DNA of 14,683 nt from Nitrososphaerota archaeon. Its GTDB lineage: Archaea; Thermoproteota; Nitrososphaeria; Nitrososphaerales; UBA57. The DNA lies in contig JACAFS010000026.1 in NCBI GenBank assembly GCA_013378385.1, positions 1 through 14,683 of the forward strand, in the 5' to 3' direction. The translations under genes and the position numbers were made by a program. The notes under the pieces were generated by a model, which was given only the letters and a program-made list of their open reading frames with translations, was not told where the DNA came from and made no database searches. Below, piece by piece: positions 8,363-13,523 of this stretch (position 1 is the first letter of the stretch; the number at the start of each line of letters is the position of its first letter).

Positions 8363-9162
8363 CTTTGAATTTTAATTTTTCCTCTACTCATTAATTCTAT
8401 AGTTTTAGTTTCAACAATCTCAACAGATAAACCCAATTCGTTTGCTGCATCAACAACATCAAAACGTCCCTGATTTCGGTCAATATACTTACTGATTTTA
8501 TCTTCAATTTTGTTCTTTTTTGATTCTTTCGGAGTGTATTTCTTAAAGTTCATTTCCGGATTACCTGAATTATTTATCAATTTTTTATTACCTATAGACG
8601 TGATTTGATTATTTTTCACAATTGACTCAAATTTATCACCCTCATTTTCAATTCTCTTTGCTATTGGCTGTAAAATATTTGCCTCAATTGACTTATTCAT
8701 TTCAAATAATTCATTATTTGATAATTCAGGTAGATCTAATGATTGATTAAGAGACTTATTTAGAGTCATTATTTGTTCGTTTACATCAGGAATGATATTC
8801 GAAAGAGTGACATCCATATCTTTACACATTTCCACAGCCAAACCTAATGAATTTGTTGCCTGATGAACGTCCCTCAAGGTTTCCATTCGACTAATTGCGC
8901 GAATAATTGATATTTCGCTAATCTTGATATTATCAAATAATTGTTCTATATCGTCGTATTCTTTCTTATAAATGGTGTAAAATGTATGATTATTATTCGA
9001 TAAAGATTCATTACATAATAATTTGATTTTATTAATCCTTTGATTTAATTTAATTTTAAGAGTAGATACGTCTTTATGTTGTATTTGTAGAATTCTTAAT
9101 GATTGATTAATCTTATTTCTATCTCGTATATTTTTTATATTTAATTTTATTCTTTCAAACAT
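8359..9162 (-). CDS. Divergent ESCRT-III (CdvB/Snf7-family) paralogue with C-terminal winged-helix-like domain
   Basis: Its helical core aligns without gaps to the neighbouring CdvB. Examples are YKKEYDDIEQL..RMETLRDV..NIIPDVNEQIMTLNKSL against YANELAEVRKM..RLNTVSEL..NILPEAEHEISEINGLL. The C-terminal RFDVVDAANELGLSVEIVETKTIELMSRGKIKI looks like a wHTH. The ATG at 9162 is preferred over the GTG at 9174 because GGTG (SD-like) lies 5 nt upstream of that ATG. Confidence 0.62.
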   Translation of the reverse strand: MFERIKLNIKNIRDRNKINQSLRILQIQHKDVSTLKIKLNQRINKIKLLCNESLSNNNHTFYTIYKKEYDDIEQLFDNIKISEISIIRAISRMETLRDVHQATNSLGLAVEMCKDMDVTLSNIIPDVNEQIMTLNKSLNQSLDLPELSNNELFEMNKSIEANILQPIAKRIENEGDKFESIVKNNQITSIGNKKLINNSGNPEMNFKKYTPKESKKNKIEDKISKYIDRNQGRFDVVDAANELGLSVEIVETKTIELMSRGKIKIQR

Positions 9163-9180
9163 ATTAACACCCACTTTCGC

Positions 9181-9213
9181 AAAAAAAGGATAAGTGACAG
9201 ATTATTCTGTCAC
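9181..9213 (-). terminator. Stem-loop (7 bp) followed by a T7 tract at the 3' end of cdvB; candidate terminator or attenuator
   Basis: The minus strand reads GTGACAG-AATAAT-CTGTCAC-TTATCC-TTTTTTT. The 5' arm contains the cdvB TGA stop. Oligo-T tracts are the established archaeal termination signal. Confidence 0.45.
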
Positions 9214-9872
9214 TCGAATAGGCCTTCTATTTTATTTTTCTTTGGCAATAATGAATCTGCAGCAGATGGCAAATCAGGGAATTGTTCTTTCATCTTTTCT
9301 TCAGCGATGGCAGATGCTTCATCCATAATTTGTCGTGATTCGGCATTAGAGTTTTCAAAGTTAATGTTGTGTCCTCCCATCTGACCTGCATCAACTAAGA
9401 TGCCACTCAACAATCCATTAATTTCACTAATTTCATGTTCAGCTTCTGGTAAGATGTTCATAACGCCTGATTGAATATCTCTAATGACACCCATTGCAGG
9501 AGTTAAGGTTACGACGACATCGCCTAGTTCTGAAACTGTATTGAGTCTCAATGCAATTTGTTCTAATGCGAGCTTTGATTGAGTCACCATTTTGTTCATC
9601 TTTCGAACTTCTGCTAATTCATTTGCATACACAGTAGCATGTGGTTGATCGTGTTTCTGTAATGCTGCAACAACACTATTGAAGATGTTGGCATCACGTG
9701 CTTTGAGTTTTCCACTAGTTTGGTCTAGTTTTACAATCTGTGTTTTGATTTGGCGTACGGCTTGTTCGAGTTTGGGTTTTACGGGTTCCTTATCGGCGCG
9801 AATTACTTCTTTAACTTTGTCACTAAATCCTGGAGTTTTTTCATTATTCCATTTTGATGCGAAATGTGACAT
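9210..9872 (-). CDS. cdvB: ESCRT-III (Snf7-family) cell-division protein CdvB
   Basis: 220 aa, predicted all-helical with an Snf7-like heptad pattern, a basic N-terminal half and an acidic C-terminal half. The C-terminal tail is proline-containing (FPDLPSAADSLLPKK). ATG start. It lies two genes upstream of cdvC, with the paralogue between. Confidence 0.85.
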   Translation of the reverse strand: MSHFASKWNNEKTPGFSDKVKEVIRADKEPVKPKLEQAVRQIKTQIVKLDQTSGKLKARDANIFNSVVAALQKHDQPHATVYANELAEVRKMNKMVTQSKLALEQIALRLNTVSELGDVVVTLTPAMGVIRDIQSGVMNILPEAEHEISEINGLLSGILVDAGQMGGHNINFENSNAESRQIMDEASAIAEEKMKEQFPDLPSAADSLLPKKNKIEGLFE

Positions 9873-9956
9873 GATAATATAAGCGGTAATTGTTTTTTTA
9901 TCAGGTATGATGTGATATAGCTTCGCTTATTTGTCAAATATAGTTAATCATTATTA

Positions 9957-10646
9957 CTACAAATAATTTTTCATAGGTGTAGCAAGTTCAATAATTTTAT
10001 TTTTCCAATCTTTTGCTTGTATAATTCCACTAGCAATTAAAATTCCTTTAGATCCTAATTCAAGTGCAATGGATACATCTTCTGCAGTCATAATCCCGGC
10101 ACCGCATAATACATCTATATCATTATTAATTTGATTAACAACGCCAACTGAATCAGATATGATTTTTGGATTTACTTTTGATACAGCTCGTCCAGAACCA
10201 ATTAATTCTGGAGGTTCAATTGCAATTATATCAGGATTTAATTTAGCGATTTTTTCTACCTCTTCAATTGATTGTGCACAAACTAAAGATGTTAACTCAA
10301 TTTCTTTAAATTTGATAATTAATCTTTCAATTTCATCTAATGGAATTCGTTTTTCTGAATGATTAATTAATGAACCTGGGCAATTTATTGATTTTAATAA
10401 TTCAGGAACTATTGAACCAGTAGAACTACCTATTTTAGAATCATCAACATGTTGTGCATAGATAGGAATATTAACAATATCGATTATCTTAGAAAGAACT
10501 GGATTTGGCGGACATACAATAATTTCGACTGATGTTTCATTAGCAACTGACTCTGAAATTTTAGATATGTCAAGTGAATAATTAGAATATATTTCAGCAT
10601 AATTCTTCAAATTAATTACTAATGAAGGAGTACGGTAGTTTTTCAT
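9957..10646 (-). CDS. tpiA: Triosephosphate isomerase, short archaeal type
   Basis: 229 aa with the motifs INHSEKR, IAIEPPELIGSG and CGAGI. Size and motifs match the archaeal TIM subfamily. Confidence 0.9.
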   Translation of the reverse strand: MKNYRTPSLVINLKNYAEIYSNYSLDISKISESVANETSVEIIVCPPNPVLSKIIDIVNIPIYAQHVDDSKIGSSTGSIVPELLKSINCPGSLINHSEKRIPLDEIERLIIKFKEIELTSLVCAQSIEEVEKIAKLNPDIIAIEPPELIGSGRAVSKVNPKIISDSVGVVNQINNDIDVLCGAGIMTAEDVSIALELGSKGILIASGIIQAKDWKNKIIELATPMKNYL

Positions 10647-10688
10647 ATGTATCTCAAATGTATTAGATGTATTAATGTTTTAAATTAT

Positions 10689-11210
10689 TTAGTCGGAGAA
10701 TCTTGAAACCAATTTTACGGCAGAATAACTTAATAAATCTAATTCAATATTTGATTGATTTAATTTATCTAAATCAATGTTATGAAGTTTATTTATTTTT
10801 TTATAATTATTTATATTTATATCAGTAGAATAATCAAGATTTTCAACAATCCAATTTTGTATTTGTGTAAGTTCTTTGATTTTACCAACAGATGCAATTA
10901 AATAGGATTTGTTTTTTGGTGAAATTCCTGCTATTGTTAGTGCTTCTTCAATTTGATCAGTTATTGAGATACGCATCAATAAATCAACCTCAAATTCACG
11001 AGCTGCTAAAAGATTGTGCTTCTTTGCATAATAAGACTGTTTTATGGCAAATATCAAATGTTGTAGGTTAAGAATTGAACCTGGATTAATAAACTGAGTT
11101 AGAAGTTTAGGATAATTTTCTCGAAGTTCAATTAATGAAGATTTGTTAGTAGAAGAATTAATTTGTACAATTAAACAAGAATCTTGTTTAGACAGTTTAT
11201 GTATATTCAT
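10689..11210 (-). CDS. cgi121: KEOPS complex subunit Cgi121 (tRNA t6A37 pathway accessory subunit)
   Basis: 173 aa. The central region LQHLIFAIKQSYYAKKHNLLAAREFEVDLLMRISITDQIEEALTIAGI matches the Cgi121 pattern (H.l.A...A......ia.....E.l.r.sg..qI.eAi...G), as in Methanocaldococcus Cgi121, recalled from memory. Confidence 0.7.
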   Translation of the reverse strand: MNIHKLSKQDSCLIVQINSSTNKSSLIELRENYPKLLTQFINPGSILNLQHLIFAIKQSYYAKKHNLLAAREFEVDLLMRISITDQIEEALTIAGISPKNKSYLIASVGKIKELTQIQNWIVENLDYSTDININNYKKINKLHNIDLDKLNQSNIELDLLSYSAVKLVSRFSD

Positions 11211-11464
11211 CCGCCATGACTTACTGATATTATTGATATGACATCACCATTTTTAATTACTGTATCATGATTATTAAGAACTGAGATTTCTACATTATTT
11301 ATTGCGATCAAAAGATTATTTGAATCTAATAATGATTGATCAATATTATATTTATTATTAAGTATATCCAACATTTGGTTTATTGAATGATTACTAAGAT
11401 CAGTAGAAATGTTATTTGTATTAGTATGTTTACAAATATTTCCAAAAAATTTAATCTGATTCAT
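11207..11464 (-). CDS. Small beta-grasp ubiquitin-like / sulfur-carrier protein (MoaD/ThiS/SAMP family) ending in Gly-Gly
   Basis: The C-terminus VIKNGDVISIISVSHGG-stop matches the MoaD/SAMP pattern (GDe..i.PpvsGG), and the N-terminus is IKFFGNI. The ATG at 11464 (85 aa) is preferred to the GTG at 11482. The stop overlaps the cgi121 start as ATGA. Confidence 0.65.
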   Translation of the reverse strand: MNQIKFFGNICKHTNTNNISTDLSNHSINQMLDILNNKYNIDQSLLDSNNLLIAINNVEISVLNNHDTVIKNGDVISIISVSHGG

Positions 11465-11699
11465 CGGTAATAGATGTTTCACTATCTATTGAACTAACCG
11501 TGGCAGTTTCATTAACAAGGAGTGATTTTTGTTCATTATTTTTAATTTTTGTTATACATCCTGCAATTTGATTACGTAGTTTTTTTGAAGTAATCTCAGA
11601 AACTGCGTCCAATGCTTTCTTATTTTCTTCATAATCAGTAGTAAACAAGGATTGATTGTTTTCCATTACTTGCGTAGATAATGTCCAAACTCGTTTCAT
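11451..11699 (-). CDS. rps17e: Ribosomal protein eS17 (S17e) with Ser/Thr/acidic C-terminal tail
   Basis: FTTDYEENKKALDAVSEITSKKLRNQIAGCITKIK matches the eS17 signature (F..DFe.NK......sKk.RN.IAGYiT). ATG start, 5 nt downstream of the tatD stop. Confidence 0.85.
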   Translation of the reverse strand: MKRVWTLSTQVMENNQSLFTTDYEENKKALDAVSEITSKKLRNQIAGCITKIKNNEQKSLLVNETATVSSIDSETSITDESD

Positions 11700-11704
11700 T
11701 ATAC

Positions 11705-12481
11705 TTAGTTACTCCTTACAACTATATATTTTTTTAAATTATCAGATATTTGTTCCAATATATCGTCAAATGGGATAGACCACAAATTACTTAATTTATT
11801 AACTATGCTTGGAATGAATGAAGGTTCGGCAATTTTACCTTCATAACATGCAGAAAATGGAACAGGTCCGTCAGTTTCTACAATGGTAGATTCAGGATGG
11901 GATAATTTTGCAAGTTTTTGAAGAGACTTTGAATATACTAAAGCAGGTCCAAATGAAACTAATATTTCAGAATTTAATATTTTTTTTAATTGATCTTCAT
12001 TACCTGAAAACCAATGCAGCATAATGCAAGGAAGATTATATGATTCTAAAATATCCAATACTTCTTGTGTGGCATCTCTAGAATGAATAGAAACGGGTAA
12101 TTTAGACTTTTCAGCAAGTTGTAACATGTGTTTGAAAGTAATAATTTGGTTTTCAAAGTCAATTCCACGTTCTATGTAGGTTTTATCCAATCCAATTTCA
12201 CCAACACCGTCAATAAGATCTAAATTATCTTTGAAGAATACATCAAATTCTTCCAAATTAGATTGGGAATATTTTGGGTGTATTCCAACAAATGAAAGTA
12301 AATTATCTTTAGAATTAGAAAGTTCCACCGTAATTTTAGAATCATTTAGTGTTTCTGAGACATTAAATGCGAGTGTTCTAGATACTTTCAAATAATTTAA
12401 TATATCAAGTCTAGAAGAATTAAATTCAGTCGCAGATAAATGAATATGCGCATCAAACAAGTCAAAATCATCAATATTCAT
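11705..12481 (-). CDS. tatD: TatD-family metal-dependent hydrolase/nuclease
   Basis: 258 aa with the N-terminal metal-binding FDAHIHL motif, followed by GEIGLD, SIHSR and ETDGP motifs. Confidence 0.85.
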   Translation of the reverse strand: MNIDDFDLFDAHIHLSATEFNSSRLDILNYLKVSRTLAFNVSETLNDSKITVELSNSKDNLLSFVGIHPKYSQSNLEEFDVFFKDNLDLIDGVGEIGLDKTYIERGIDFENQIITFKHMLQLAEKSKLPVSIHSRDATQEVLDILESYNLPCIMLHWFSGNEDQLKKILNSEILVSFGPALVYSKSLQKLAKLSHPESTIVETDGPVPFSACYEGKIAEPSFIPSIVNKLSNLWSIPFDDILEQISDNLKKYIVVRSN

Positions 12482-12521
12482 CTTAAACGTACTATATCAG
12501 TCCATTAGTCCTAAAAAAAGG

Positions 12522-12529
12522 TTATATAA
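12522..12529 (+). promoter_or_regulatory. TATA box (TTATATAA) with A-rich BRE-like upstream sequence for the histone gene
   Basis: AAAAAAAGG-TTATATAA. Its first T lies 32 nt upstream of the ATG at 12554, implying a leaderless mRNA. Confidence 0.45.
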
Positions 12530-12553
12530 CTATTATAACCAGTTTAATTTACC

Positions 12554-12778
12554 ATGAGCGATTTAGAATTCGGGTTAGCTGCAGTTTATAGAATAATTAA
12601 AAAAACGGGTGCTGAAAGAGTGGGAGATGACGCTGCAGAGGAATTAAGAACAGTATTAGAAGAATTCGGTATTAAAATTGCAGAACAAGCACTAGTATAT
12701 GCAAAACATGCGGGAAGAAAAACAGTAAAATCATCAGATATCAGATTAGCAGTAGATGAAATTAACAAAAAGAATTAA
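12554..12778 (+). CDS. Archaeal histone (HMf-type histone fold)
   Basis: 74 aa. LAAVYRIIKKTGAERVGDDAAEELRTVLEEFGIKIAEQALVYAKHAGRKTVKSSDIRLAV matches the archaeal histone consensus (RiiK.aGAeRVs.dA...L...lEe....i...A...A.HAGRKTVk..DI.lA). Confidence 0.93.
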   Translation: MSDLEFGLAAVYRIIKKTGAERVGDDAAEELRTVLEEFGIKIAEQALVYAKHAGRKTVKSSDIRLAVDEINKKN

Positions 12779-12798
12779 TCATAGACATTTTTGAAGTA

Positions 12799-12804
12799 TT
12801 ATAG
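12799..12804 (+). promoter_or_regulatory. TATA-box-like element (TTATAG) for tRNA-Glu
   Basis: Its first T lies 31 nt upstream of the tRNA 5' end at 12830. Confidence 0.35.
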
Positions 12805-12829
12805 ACGATATGTAGTAATTACTTATTGC

Positions 12830-12920
12830 GCTCCGGTCGTCTAGCTCGGCCAAAAATAATGAAGGTCATGGATGGCGGATTCTCAATTCGTCGACACGGG
12901 TTCAAATCCCGTCCGGAGCA
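12830..12920 (+). tRNA. tRNA-Glu (anticodon CUC) with a ~16-nt insertion in the D-loop (putative non-canonical intron); no encoded CCA
   Basis: The acceptor stem GCTCCGG/CCGGAGC is 7 perfect pairs, with discriminator A. The D-stem is GTCT/GGAT. The anticodon arm is GCGGA-TTCTCAA-TTCGT, the variable region is 4 nt (CGAC), and the T-arm is ACGGG-TTCAAAT-CCCGT. The gene is 91 nt where about 75 is expected. The excess sits after the conserved D-loop AGCTCGGCCAA. Confidence 0.8.
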
Positions 12921-12967
12921 CATATTATATTTAATACAATTAGAATCAATTAATTTTTAAGATAATA

Positions 12968-13522
12968 ATGATAGGAATAACAGGGAGTCCAGGTACTGGT
13001 AAAAAGACAATTGCCAGAGATCTATCAGAAAATATGAACGTCGACGTATTTGATATAAATAAATTCATTATAGAGAATAATCTTGCAGAATATGAAGAAG
13101 GTCAATTAATTGTGAATAATCTAAAAGATGTTAGAGAACGAATAGATAATGAATTTATAGGAAAAGAATTCATAGTAATTGGGCATTTATTGCCTGAAGT
13201 TATTCCAAAAGAGACATTACTAAAAGTAATTGTATTAAGATGTGAACCGGATATATTGATAGACAGGTACAAAGAAAGAGATTATGATGAATTAAAAATT
13301 AAAGATAACCTAGTATCTGAATTGATCGGAACTATACATTATAATACTGTTATGAAATATGGAAACGATAAAACATTTGAGATAGATGTATCAAACAAGA
13401 ATGTCAGTAATATTGTTGATGAGATAACAATGATAATTAATGATGAAAGAATATCAAAAGATAGAATAGATTGGATAGATTATGCATCGAAGTCAAATAA
13501 ATTAAGAAGGTATTTGAATTAA
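12968..13522 (+). CDS. fap7: Fap7/AK6-type adenylate kinase-like NTPase (small-subunit rRNA maturation factor)
   Basis: 184 aa with the P-loop MIGITGSPGTGKKT at the extreme N-terminus. VIVLRCEPDILIDRYKERDYDELKIKDNLVSEL parallels the human AK6 segment [33 protein letters not shown]. Confidence 0.8.
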   Translation: MIGITGSPGTGKKTIARDLSENMNVDVFDINKFIIENNLAEYEEGQLIVNNLKDVRERIDNEFIGKEFIVIGHLLPEVIPKETLLKVIVLRCEPDILIDRYKERDYDELKIKDNLVSELIGTIHYNTVMKYGNDKTFEIDVSNKNVSNIVDEITMIINDERISKDRIDWIDYASKSNKLRRYLN

Positions 13523-13523
13523 C

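Noticed and set aside
9162-9174. GTG start at 9174 for the ESCRT-III-wH gene and GTG start at 11482 for the Ubl gene, as given in the ORF track
   Set aside because: In both cases an in-frame ATG lies 4-6 codons downstream. The ATG at 9162 is preceded by a GGTG SD-like sequence at suitable spacing. The ATG at 11464 yields the MoaD-like N-terminus (M-x-IKFF) and reduces the overlap with rps17e. The longer versions cannot be excluded without experimental data.
9879-9930. 7-bp inverted repeat ATAAGCG ... CGCTTAT with a 38-nt spacer upstream of cdvB
   Set aside because: The arms are short and the loop is long, so predicted stability is low. It may contribute to tpiA termination, but the evidence is too weak to call.
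9873-9956. Possible C/D-box sRNA in the tpiA-cdvB spacer (minus strand ATGATTA ... CTGA about 50 nt apart; plus strand ATGATGT)
   Set aside because: The C-box candidates deviate from RUGAUGA. No D'/C' pair exists at the required ~12-nt guide spacing, and there are no complementary terminal stems. The CTGA overlaps the likely cdvB TATA region. The matches are best explained by chance in AT-rich DNA.
9679-10362. ORFs 9679..9882 (+) and 10159..10362 (+)
   Set aside because: They are antisense shadows of cdvB and tpiA respectively, with no independent support.
12586-12768. 60-aa minus-strand ORF opposite the histone gene
   Set aside because: It is completely contained in the histone CDS, which matches the archaeal histone consensus nearly residue by residue. 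The antisense product is Ser/Ala/Leu-rich with no signature.
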